Virus record (IMG/VR): IMGVR_UViG_3300045988_080627
Reading direction: 5' to 3' (one strand)
DNA: 64,000 nt
Origin: a virus
Shown here: one piece after another, positions 44,617-55,040 of the stretch
Layout: each line of letters opens with the position of its first letter
How positions within the stretch are numbered: position 1 is the stretch's first letter
The notes under the pieces: generated by a model
The model's input: only the letters and a program-made list of their open reading frames with translations
What the model was told of the DNA's origin: nothing
The model's database searches: none
Program-made: the position numbers and the translations under genes

Positions 44617-44883
44617 ACCAGTTCCTTTGATTCCATCAAGCAGAATACCTAAATTTCCTGTAGTATTTTCATACGTCTTTAAAACATAATCAATAAATTT
44701 TTGGTTTAAACCATACAGTTTGTAATCAAACGTAAAAGACTCTGCAATTTTACTTAAGTAAAATCCAGTCATTGATTCTTTAACTTCATAAATTCCTTTA
44801 GGTAATCCTTCAGGGTGAGATACTGTTGTTGAACTACCCTGACTAAAAGTATTACCATCTTGTAACCAAATTTGTTTACCCAT
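44617..44883 (-). CDS. classical AAA ATPase, exon 1 (ends in Walker A GIKGTG)
   Basis: The ORF ends ...LLDGIKGTGKI*. The splice inferred after ggt (U) joins exon 2 aaa aca gtt..., giving GIKGTGKTVTAKVL. Confidence 0.5.
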
Positions 44884-45022
44884 TTTAATAAATATTAAAT
44901 AATTACTTTAATAAATTTATAAGAGTGTCTATGTTGTGTAACATATCATCAATTATTTCGATAGCGTGATCAATACTTTCTTCCATATTTATTTTATAGT
45001 TCTTAATTTTTAATATTTAAAA

Positions 45023-45268
45023 TTATTTAATTGTTTCACCTATTCTGTAACCATAACCATCAGATACCCTAATTCTTTTAATTACATATTGTTTAGTACG
45101 CTTATCATATATTCGTATTCGAAAGATATGATGACCATCAAAACTAATCTCGTCAGTTACTATTGTTGCTCCCTTATAATTCAATATAGAATCTTCTTTT
45201 TGAGCTGGAGTAACTGAAGGACTGCACGATATTAATAGCGATAAAATTACTAATACTATTACTTTCAT
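45023..45268 (-). CDS. small lipoprotein
   Basis: MKVIVLVILSLLISCSPS carries a lipobox, LLISC. Confidence 0.4.
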   Translation of the reverse strand: MKVIVLVILSLLISCSPSVTPAQKEDSILNYKGATIVTDEISFDGHHIFRIRIYDKRTKQYVIKRIRVSDGYGYRIGETIK

Positions 45269-48200
45269 AATAATTAAATATAAAACGATTATAAATTGGA
45301 GGAGTACTGTAGAATCAAATCTCCACTATAGTTGTCCTCATATAAATACTCTTAAGAGTTTTAAAATGTAACTCTTTATAAATTAGTATTAAAAACTAAA
45401 TTGAACATCCCTTTCGACATCTAATAATCCTCCATTCCAATTAGATTGAAAATCCATACTAAACCATCCTCCATTTACTGTTCTAGCAAACCAAACAAGA
45501 TGATTATCATATTTAGGAATATAACAACCTATGAAATAATCAGTATCTCCATTCCATATCCAATTATAATCAAGAGCACTATTAACTAAATGTATCTTTA
45601 GATGTATATCAGCTTTATTAAAAGGAATTATTTTCTTTACATAAGCTTTATATAATCTACTTGGTGAACATTTACCGTCATCAAAGAAATTATAAATCTG
45701 TTTCTTCTTTGGTATCATTTACCTTAAATAATTTATAATAGTTTATTAATCATCAGGCAAACTATTTGAAGGAATAGTTACTTCCAGATTATTTCTCTCT
45801 TTTTCAAGTTGCTGAATAGCATTTGCCTGTTTATCAACAGTTGTTTGTAACTCTTCAATCTCTTTCTTTTGATATTTATTACTAGCAATTAAGCCTAATA
45901 CAGATACTGCCAGACACAACATTGTTATTTTCCAAATTGTACTATTCATATTTTTATTCTTTTAATACCAAACTATATAAATTCCAGAAATCCCATTATA
46001 AAGATTTTTATTGAGTACCCAAATTCTTTTAGATATTCAATATAAGTATAATTATGAGGTAAATTATATATTATAGAAGTAATATCTGTGGGTCTAATTC
46101 AGAAGACTGAGATATAACTTTTGCTTCTTTTGCCTTAATCATAACTCTTTAATTTTTAAACTAGCATCTTTAAACCACATATTAAGTCTATCTATAGCAT
46201 TTTTCCAATCAGATTTAGAGCATATTTCATAATACTTTAAGTAATCAGAAGTGTTTAAACTACTATACTGACATATTCCCATACATGCTCCACAAGGAAC
46301 AATTCTAGTTATAATATATCCACCTTTATCACTAATAACTACTTTTAAATAAGAAGATTTATCTTTATAATAAGGATTTAATCTAAGAGTGTCATCACTA
46401 GCTTGTGTCTTTTTAAATCTTATATTATTTATTACTTCTTCTATAGTATTATTTAAATTACTTATTTGATTTAAAAGATTCTTTTTAAGCTTTTCTAAAT
46501 CTTCTATAGACATTTTTGAATAATCATTCATATTTTTATTTATTTGATTTTCTTTAAGTTCTATAGGGTTCATCCTCCCAGCTTAATTTTCTTCCGATGA
46601 GCTTCTTAATACTCCCATTCGGAAGAACCATTACGTCACCCCACCATTCTCTATGCTTCTCACATCTTTTTGGTTTATTCCAAAAAGCTTTTTCTATGCC
46701 ATCATAATCAACGGCAAGCCATATACTATAATTTTTAGGTAATTCCATGACTATTATTCTTTAAGTTCTACTGGCTCATCCTTCCAAGATAGTTCTCTTC
46801 CAATAAGTTTCTTAATGCTGCCTTTAGGAAGATGAATATTACGGTCTTTTATTGTCCTATCAACTATATTGAAACTGATATGATTATTATTTATATTATA
46901 GAAGATATAAGAATTTGCACGATATTCACATGCATTCAAATCTCCTTTTAATATAAAAATACATTTAGAATAATACATATCAGGAACAGCATCAGTTACC
47001 ACAATATCTCCATCCTTGAACTCAGGCTGCTTTTCAATCTCCAAAGTTTCAAGATTTAGTTTGCCGCCAAATCTTTCCTCTATGGTAGTAATATAACACA
47101 AGAAAGACTCTGTATCCTCAAGAGAATATTTATATGTTGAACAAATAGATTCTTCAAGATACTTTATATCATTCTCATCCTCGCTGTCTAGATAATGCTT
47201 GCAATAGAAACTCGTATAGGTATCATCATACCATTTATCAAAGATAACCTCTATACAACCATCATCGCTAACCAATACATCACCTTTCTTCCAAGCTAAC
47301 TTGGACCAGTCACGCATTTCTTTTGAGGGGTATAATGTAATCTCTCCACCTTCTCTGTATTTTCCATCTGAGAGGTAAAGTGTATCAACTTTATTTTTTG
47401 TTAGCAACCAGATTTCTGTACCATTAGTATCGTAGGCTATGCCATTATATGTCATTTGCCCAAATGCTGAGGAATACAATTTAGTTCCTTTTGACTTACT
47501 CTTAAGGATTTTTGCTACGTTAATATTTCTTTCCATATTACTTTTCTTTATTAATACTACTTATAATAGAGTCTAAAGCTTTATTCCAATTAGATTCTGG
47601 TCCTTCTTCAAAGTCTGGATCTTGAATATCCTTCATTGTGGCAAGATAAGCATCTTTAAATTGGTGAGGAGTAATCTTTTCCCAATTTCTAATACCATCT
47701 ATATAAGAGTTGTCTCTAGTGATGCAAGCCTCGCTTAAACATATATAATATAAGTAATTATCTTTTATGGAAACAATTTTTATCAAATCATTCCATTTTG
47801 TATCTAAATAACAATCACCAATATTAAACTTAGAAATTACATTTCTCCTTTCTAATTCTTTAATTTTACTATGAAGATTATTACTTTGTTCTTGTAATTT
47901 CTTATATTTATTTTTTAGTTCTTCTAATGTTTCCATAATTATATTATTTTGGTTTTAATTCATAATTTATCAAAGCTTCGTTGAAGACGTTTTTCAGTTT
48001 CATCAATTAATCGTTTTAATGAAGCATAAAAAATTGGATCTTCACATAAACATCCAAGGTAAAATCCTAAACTATCATAATTATTAAAAAATGTTTTAGT
48101 TGCTGCTTCTTTTATAAAACGTTTTGCTTTACTACAATAACTAATTATATTTTCTAATTCTGCAGCTCTTTTAAGTATGTCTTTATTCATATTTAAATTT

Positions 48201-49069
48201 CTAATTTTTTGCACGAATTAGTTCTTATAAATAGTGTCAAGAATATCTCTAAAATTAGGATTATCTATAACAGCTTGAGCATCTTCTTGATTTTTAAAAT
48301 GTATAGCATTAAGATATGTTTGTGCTCTACTTGTTATATTATAAGAATTTGTAATAGTTGTAAAACTAATACAATATTTAAGTTCGTACTTATTATTCCA
48401 ATCTGGCTTCCAATCTCCATTATAGTACTTAGCTATATTCATAAGTTGATTAATAGCTAATATCTTCTCAATTTGTCTGTAGCTATTTGCAACACCTGGA
48501 TTATCATAAGAAGCATATTGTGCGTATGATTGAATTTTACCTTTTGCTATAAAGAAACAAGTATCTTTATTAAGCTTTTCTGCTATTTCTTTATAAGTCA
48601 AATATTTTTTAATAGGTTTAAACTTAATACATTCAAAGGTACTATTCTCTTTATCAATTTCGTAACCTTCAGGAATAATAAATTCTCCTAAATATACTGT
48701 TAGTAAAGATACCCAAATTATAAGTTTTCCACAAGAATATAAATTTACATTATTATAGAAGGGTACTAATTTACAGTTAATATAACTATGAAATCCCCAA
48801 TTTATTGTATCTGTAAATTTAACTTCTGTAAACACTATTTGATTTACAGGATATTCAAATTCTTGATAATAGAATGGTTTAAAAATTCCCTCATCAGCAT
48901 AAACTCCTATTTTATATACCCTAATATCTCTTTTAGCTATTAATACTTTACTTTGTTTAGTTTTATAAAAACACATAAGCTTAATATTTAATTATTAAAC
49001 GTAAAAAAGGAGTATACTAACTAATTAGCTAATATACTCCTATGAAACCTGGCATTTCAGTCTATCAAA

Positions 49070-49380
49070 GACTTTGGAGAAGTAATACGAATCGAACGTA
49101 CTTTGGCTACTTAGATAATTATCTATATTTCGCCTTATCACCTGTCCTATATACTCCGGATTATATAGGTAACTTCTCTTTTCTCTAATTAGATACACAA
49201 ATTCCTAATTAGGTACGACGATTGAAACTTCGCAGTGGAGGACTTACGAATCTAACGTACTTTGAAACTTTCGTTCACAATTCCTGGGGAATTACTAGAA
49301 TTACCCATTTGTTGTTTCCGTTTCTTATCAATCTGTCCTATAATATTCGCGACTATATAGGTATCCTCCTGGGAGCTGTT
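49070..49380. repeat. two tandem structured repeat units of about 110-120 nt, GC-richer and non-coding
   Basis: The units share acgaatcGaacgtactttgg / acgaatcTaacgtactttga, and each ends with a palindromic hairpin (cctatatactccggattatatagg; cctataatattcgcgactatatagg). Confidence 0.45.
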
Positions 49381-50413
49381 AAACTCCGCCGCATAGATAT
49401 ATTTTATTACTCAGAAGATTATCCACCACACTAATATCTACAATTTTAGTTTTTATAGTTTTAAATATCTACCAGTATAAATGATTTTATCAGATACAAT
49501 TTCACCTTTAGTATTTATAATATACGTAGCGCCTTTAGGGATTATAAAAGTTGCTATATAACCATCATTTTCAAAAGACATAAGCATTCTTCTATTTCCT
49601 AATATTATACTTTTGCATCTATATACTCCCTTAGCTACACGAAAGGTAGAATTACATATAAATTGTACTCCAGTATAACTATGATAAGCTTTTTCTATCT
49701 TAAGCGTTTCATACCTTCGAGCTATCTCATCATATTCAAGGGTTGGTATTTTATATAGTACATTTGCAATATAATTAAAGTTTTTAATGATAGATACACA
49801 CGATTGCTTATTAGCACATGTAACTATTTTATAAATTTTAATATCTTTATCTGCAACTTGATATTTTACATTTCTTAAAGCTTCTATCCAACACATAATT
49901 ATTTAACTATTTTATAATCACCAACTTCAAATCCTTCTTCAATAGAACTTATGGTCCAATTTTCATCCCAATTATCTACATCATAAGGACATATTAATTC
50001 AATTTTAGCATAATTAGATGCTTTATCTAATTCTAAAATTCTATAATATAAATAACTTACTTTAGTGAAATTAAATATATCACCAACTTTTAACTTTATT
50101 TTTTCCATATGTTAATGTGTTATTTAATTAAACAATAAAAGAGCCTAATTAGATTAACTAATTAGACTCTTTAAAACAATAATATGATCAGAAAAAGAAT
50201 GTTACGAAGTTCTATTATAAATGTCCTAAATTATTCTTCTAGTTAAGTTAAAATGATTAGCTACTTTTTCTCCAATTATGTAGTATTTTATTCATTTACT
50301 TCTTTTATAGAAGGATAATTTTTACTTTTACATTTATCTGAATAATATATTTTCCTTTTCACAATTCTAACAAATAGAGTGTGTCCCAGATTTTCCTTTA
50401 ATTTTCACAGTAG

Positions 50414-50485
50414 TCTTGAGGCTGGGACTTGAACCCAGATTGGATGTGTATAAGACATCGAGCCTAACCATTAGCCGACCTCAAG
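50414..50485 (-). tRNA. tRNA-Ile(UAU)
   Basis: Acceptor cttgagg/cctcaag, anticodon stem gatgt/acatc, loop ctTATac, T loop ttcaagt. Confidence 0.6.
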
Positions 50486-51413
50486 GATTAGTGTATAAGA
50501 CAGAGCGGATATCTGAGCAATTTAAAAAGTATCTGAGGATTGTTACTTCCTCTCCTTCTTATTTATTGTATAAAATGAAACTATTTTTCCAAAACTATTA
50601 CATTTTAAACTCACAATAGGATTATTACAAGATTTATAAGCAATCTAAGAGAGACTCGAACTCTCTGAAATCCCAATAGTCCTAACTAAATAGAACTATT
50701 TGATTATTTAGACTAACCACTCATACAGAGGATTTATAGATTAACTAATAAGAGCGTCTTCTCACATGGCTGAAAAGTATGTTAAAAACTAGAGTGTAGC
50801 TAATTATATACAAATTGAGGCACTAATGAGTATATTTAATTAGACTAACTTCCACCGCTCACAGTTGCTTCCTATTAGACCAAATCTCTATTAAATAGCG
50901 TTCTATTTATAAAGATTAAAGGATTCGAACCCTTGTTTCTCTTATTATATATATAATTAACTAAATATCTTCTTGTATCTCGATTTATTTCACTAACTAA
51001 TTTAAACCTTATTTCGTGTTTATTTCATTAGCTATTCTAAATTTATGATAATATCCCTTATTAATTCCTTTATCTATTAAATAGATAAAAGTGGGCACAA
51101 TCTATTCGGGATTATATTCCGCAATCGCTCCTTTCTCACAGCTGATAGAGAGATTTATAAGAACCAAATACTTCCTCTATGAGGAGAGTCAATAAATAGT
51201 TAACTATGTAAATGTTAATTCTATTATTTCTATCAATTATAACCAATAGTATTTAATGTATTCTAGTATTTAATGTATTAAAAATAAACTATCTATCTTC
51301 ACAGACTGATAGCTTACTAACATAGTATACCTATGAAACAAAATGTATTTAAATAAAATGCCTTACAATAATAAATAAATGAATCCTTAATCTACATTTT
51401 AAAATAATAAAAG

Positions 51414-51479
51414 GAAATGTGGACAGATTCGAACTGCCAACCTCTGGTGACCTACCTACTAAACTTGAGCTACACATTT
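51414..51479 (-). tRNA. short (66-nt) tRNA-like gene/pseudogene
   Basis: Acceptor aaatgtg/cacattt pairs and the T arm ggcagTTCGAATctgtc is present. The D and anticodon region is too short for a cloverleaf. Confidence 0.25.
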
Positions 51480-51689
51480 CTATTTATACTATGTTATATA
51501 GCCTTATTTAAAACTCATACTACTTTCACAAGCAATATGAGTCAATGCTTAAGTCTTTTATAGACTTACTATAAACAATTACAAGAAATTCATCAATTTT
51601 CACAAATTAATAAATTAATATGAGTTTAAAAATACTTATCAATACCTAAATAATCACTTAATCATAATTTAGTAGCTCAGACAAGCTAA

Positions 51690-51796
51690 CTTAAATAAAG
51701 GGATTCGAACCCTTAATCCTCAAGAAATATTTAATGACGACTTCAGAGACGCATTCCGTCAATCTGCTGCTGTATACCAATTCCGCCATATTTAAG
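51690..51796 (-). tRNA. over-long (107-nt) tRNA-like gene
   Basis: Acceptor cttaaat/atttaag pairs perfectly and the T arm aagggTTCGAATccctt is present. About 30 extra nt lie between the D and T arms (insert or intron-like). Anticodon not assignable by hand. Confidence 0.3.
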
Positions 51797-51893
51797 TTAG
51801 CTTATAATCCGAACTATTTAGATTCTTTTTAGGATTTTATGAGAATTAGTGTTACCCAAATAGCACCACGTGGAGGTTTCTCATTTGCTATTC

Positions 51894-51979
51894 TAGTTCG
51901 GACGGGATTCGAACCCGTACGGTCATTCCTGACCAAGGGATTTTAAGTCCCTCGTGGCTACCCATTACACCACCGAACC
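51894..51979 (-). tRNA. tRNA-Leu(UAA), type II
   Basis: Acceptor ggttcgg/ccgaact, anticodon stem aggga/tccct, loop ctTAAaa, long variable arm, T arm acgggTTCGAATcccgt. Confidence 0.7.
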
Positions 51980-53007
51980 TATAAACAACTAATTATCTGC
52001 TAGTTGCCAACAATATTTATAAAACTATTATGGTATTACAATTGTTTTAATATATTTGTAGCTATGTATAATGAAATATTCACAGTTGTATGAATATCAT
52101 TATTTAACTTTAAGATATATATATTATTTTCATCATTCTTTCTAGTTATCTCAGATATATATTTATGATTTATTAAAAATCCTTGTGTTGCAAGAATAAA
52201 ATCAATACATAAAACACGTGAAATATTTTTCAATGAACAGCATATAGTAACATAATTGCCATGAACATCTATTATAGTACTATATTTACCAGATGTTTTT
52301 ATACATACAATGTCATTTATGTTTATCTGTCTGTATTCTCGTCCCTTAAACACTAAAAATGTATCAGAGTCAATTTGTATTGTTTTTACTTCCATTATTT
52401 ATGTAATGTTTTAAAAGTCTATTAAATGTTACTTTAGATTCTTCATAGAATTGATCTCCTTCAATAGTTACACCAAATGCCCATAGTAATTGATGGAATC
52501 TCATATCAGGATATTCTTGAGCTTTTGCTCTAATTATATCAAGAATCTTTAGATTATACTCTTGTCTATTCATATTTCTATTTAATTAGCCCATAATAAA
52601 ACGAGCACTTACAATATTTTCAGGATGATAAATAGTTTTAGCTAATCCTTTTATTGCCCATTTCTCAATAGCAGAATGTTTAACTCCGCTTTTAAGTTCA
52701 TGGTAAAACATTAGTTCATAAGCTTCCCCACTTTTAAAAGTTATTTTGATTTTAAATGTAGGTCTTACTCCAGTTCTAATGAGTTCATCCATTTCTTCCT
52801 CAGTTACCATATAACTGAACAAAGGATTGGAAAGATGTTCTTTTTTATACTCAGCCTCTAAATTAGACAGAGCTGTTTTAGAACTTTTAAGTACATTTTT
52901 ACATCCAAGCTTTTCAGCACTGTCTATATATGCTAATAGCTTAGTTTTTCTAATAAAATAATCTTGTCTTGTCATAATTTATCTATAATTAATGTGTTAA
53001 TAATTTG

Positions 53008-53106
53008 TCAGGCGTAGAGATTCGAACTCCTTAGGCTTATTCCCGTACGAGCTATTCACCAATCTAACCCCTCGTAGATAGTGGTTCCCACACCGCAAGT
53101 CGCCTG
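53008..53106 (-). tRNA. over-long (about 98-nt) tRNA-like gene
   Basis: T loop TTCGAAT with a weak stem; acceptor caggcga/acgcctg pairs 6 of 7. The internal region does not fold into a standard cloverleaf. Confidence 0.25.
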
Positions 53107-53112
53107 TAATTG

Positions 53113-53184
53113 TTGGACTACTCAGATTCGAACTGAGGCTAACAGAACCAAAATCTGTTGTGCTACCGTTACACTATAATCCAA
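53113..53184 (-). tRNA. tRNA-Gln(UUG)
   Basis: U1-A72 acceptor tggatta/tagtcca, D arm gtg-taacggtag-cac, anticodon stem acaga/tctgt, loop ttTTGgt, T arm ctcagTTCGAATctgag. Confidence 0.7.
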
Positions 53185-53364
53185 TAATGACTTAGTAAAG
53201 ACCCAAAGTTTCCTTATTTAATCCTGACTAACTTAGTAAAGCAATTGGGTTTGTCTTTACCTTTAAAATCCAGTTTCTAAGTCTGAAATACTTAGTAAGC
53301 GCAAATACTAAGTTATAGTCGGCGCTACTTTTACGCATTTTGTGACACTAAGTATTATAATTTG

Positions 53365-53436
53365 TTGAACTACCCAGATTCGAACTGGGATTGAGAGTTC
53401 TAAAAACTCTAATAACTACCATTACTCCATAGTCCA
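53365..53436 (-). tRNA. Gln-like tRNA with anticodon UUA (ochre-suppressor type); weak D stem
   Basis: U1-A72 acceptor tggacta/tagttca with one G-U pair. Perfect anticodon stem agagt/actct with loop ttTTAga. T arm cccagTTCGAATctggg. The D stem (gag/tta) pairs poorly. Confidence 0.5.
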
Positions 53437-53446
53437 TTATTAATAG

Positions 53447-53534
53447 CGGAGAAAGAAGGATTCGAACCTCCGAGCCACATAATATGACTAACATCTTAGC
53501 AGAATGTCACTTTCGACCACTCAGTCATTTCTCC
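53447..53534 (-). tRNA. tRNA-Ser(GCU), type II
   Basis: Acceptor ggagaaa/tttctcc, anticodon stem acatt/gatgt, loop ctGCTaa, long variable arm, T arm ggaggTTCGAATccttc. Confidence 0.65.
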
Positions 53535-53645
53535 AATAGAGCTTCCTATCTTCACAGACAAGAAGCCTTTCCAACTCTTTAACGTTTTTACATAATCCGC
53601 TGATTATGCACAATTTAAAACCATTTAATTTGTTTACGTATGGCG

Positions 53646-53720
53646 CAGCACTAACAAGATTCGAACTTGTTTTTCCATCTTTTAAATAAGTGGCGTCTTA
53701 ACCAGGTAGACGATAGTACT
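53646..53720 (-). tRNA. tRNA-like gene with enlarged (11-nt) anticodon loop
   Basis: Acceptor agtacta/tagtgct and T arm acaagTTCGAATcttgt are good. The anticodon arm is ccac-ttatttaaaag-atgg; the anticodon cannot be assigned. Confidence 0.3.
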
Positions 53721-53798
53721 AAGTAGACTCTCTATCTTCATAGACTGAGAGTCTTGTGTATTACAAATGAATACTTTTAACAACTTAAGAACGAATAG

Positions 53799-53871
53799 TG
53801 TTCCCTACGAGATTCGGACTCGTGACCCACAGATTAAAAATCTGTTGCTCTGCCAACTGAGCTAAGGGAAC
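53799..53871 (-). tRNA. tRNA-Lys(UUU)
   Basis: Acceptor gttccct/agggaac, D arm gctc-agttggcag-gagc, anticodon stem acaga/tctgt, loop ttTTTaa, T loop tccgaat. Confidence 0.7.
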
Positions 53872-53883
53872 TAATATTGCATA

Positions 53884-53952
53884 AGGAGTAGGATTCGAAC
53901 CACGACATCAAGTTTTTCAGACTTGCGCTCAGACCATCTAAGCTATATCTCC
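53884..53952 (-). tRNA. tRNA-Phe(GAA)-like with degenerate T stem and acceptor (pseudogene?)
   Basis: Anticodon arm caagt-ctGAAaa-acttg is clean. The T-loop flanks pair only 2 bp and the acceptor strands are not complementary. Confidence 0.3.
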
Positions 53953-54353
53953 ATATCCCATATTTCTATAAAGGAGAATAGTGGTAACACCTACCTATAC
54001 TAATAGGTTTATTAGTTAGGATTTATCCAAACACACTAACAACATGGTTAAATTCAAATAAAATGATAGGGTCTTCTCAAATCATAGCTGGTGATTGTAG
54101 AAATTCTACATAAATGAGTATTTTAAACGAAACTATTATTTAGTTAGCTACTCTATCTAATAGTTGAAGGATTTTACCTTCATCTCTATCATAATTGTAC
54201 TAATCTGGCGGCTTATTTAAAATAAGTGTCCATATTTTATGCATATTATTTTGGACTAGATTCCTCTTTATTCATTTCTCACAGCTGATAGAATAAAATA
54301 TAAAATAAGGATATCCCATACTTCCTCTTCAGGAGAGTGATTAATACAATTTG

Positions 54354-54435
54354 TACGGTAGAGAGGATTCGAACCAATGACCTTCTCGAAATGACCTATT
54401 ATAAAGAGATGCTCTAACCACTGAGCTACTACCGT
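54354..54435 (-). tRNA. tRNA-like gene (82 nt) with internal 8-nt direct duplication and weak T stem
   Basis: Acceptor acggtag/ctaccgt and D arm gctc-agtggtta-gagc are good. aggtcatt is duplicated before the T loop, and the T stem attgg/cctct pairs 3 of 5. Confidence 0.3.
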
Positions 54436-54866
54436 AAGTACTAGTTTATATCGGAAACTAGTAAAAAACGTTAACACATTATTATGGAAACTTAAAAACC
54501 AAATGAAAACATGGTATCTACGGAAGTGCTAAGAGTTACATAAGGAATGTTATCTCTTACTGTAATAAAGACAACAAAACGTCTTTCTGTACTAATTTCT
54601 TTACAATAATGAATCTCTATTTCATCCTTTGTTTCTGAGGAATATACTTTTAGTACCATTTTACCAAACTTACTATTACTAAAAGTAATAGTTTTTCTAG
54701 CTTCATTATATACTATTGAAGTTTTAATATAGAATGTATTACTCCACTCACCATCCTGATAAACGGTGATAGTGTTGTAATTAAACGCATGAGCTATTGT
54801 AGTTAATACAATAAAACTCATTAATAAAATAATCTTTTTCATACTACTCAATCTTTTTAATATTAG

Positions 54867-54948
54867 TACGGAGTAGAGGATTCGAACCAATATAACCCCT
54901 AATGATATTATGTTGCTATGGGTGCTCTAACCATTAAGCTAACTCCGC
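54867..54948 (-). tRNA. tRNA-like gene (82 nt), same weak T arm (attggTTCGAATcctct) as previous
   Basis: Acceptor gcggagt/actccgt and D arm gctt-aatggtta-gagc. The anticodon region cccat...attaggg is non-canonical. Confidence 0.3.
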
Positions 54949-54955
54949 ATATGTG

Positions 54956-55040
54956 TGAGGGAAGAGGGACTCGAACCCTCAAGAACATATTGTTAACAGT
55001 TTAGAAGACTGTGACGCTTCCAATTACGTGCTATTCCCCC
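54956..55040 (-). tRNA. tRNA with anticodon UCU (Arg) but long hairpin variable arm
   Basis: Acceptor gggggaa/ttccctc, anticodon stem acagt/actgt, loop ctTCTaa, variable hairpin aacaatatgtt, T arm gagggTTCGAGTccctc. The D arm is atypical. Confidence 0.4.

Noticed and set aside
49222-49434. 70-aa plus-strand ORF in the tandem-repeat gap
   Set aside because: It spans the structured repeat units and has atypical composition. It more likely reflects repeat sequence than a gene.
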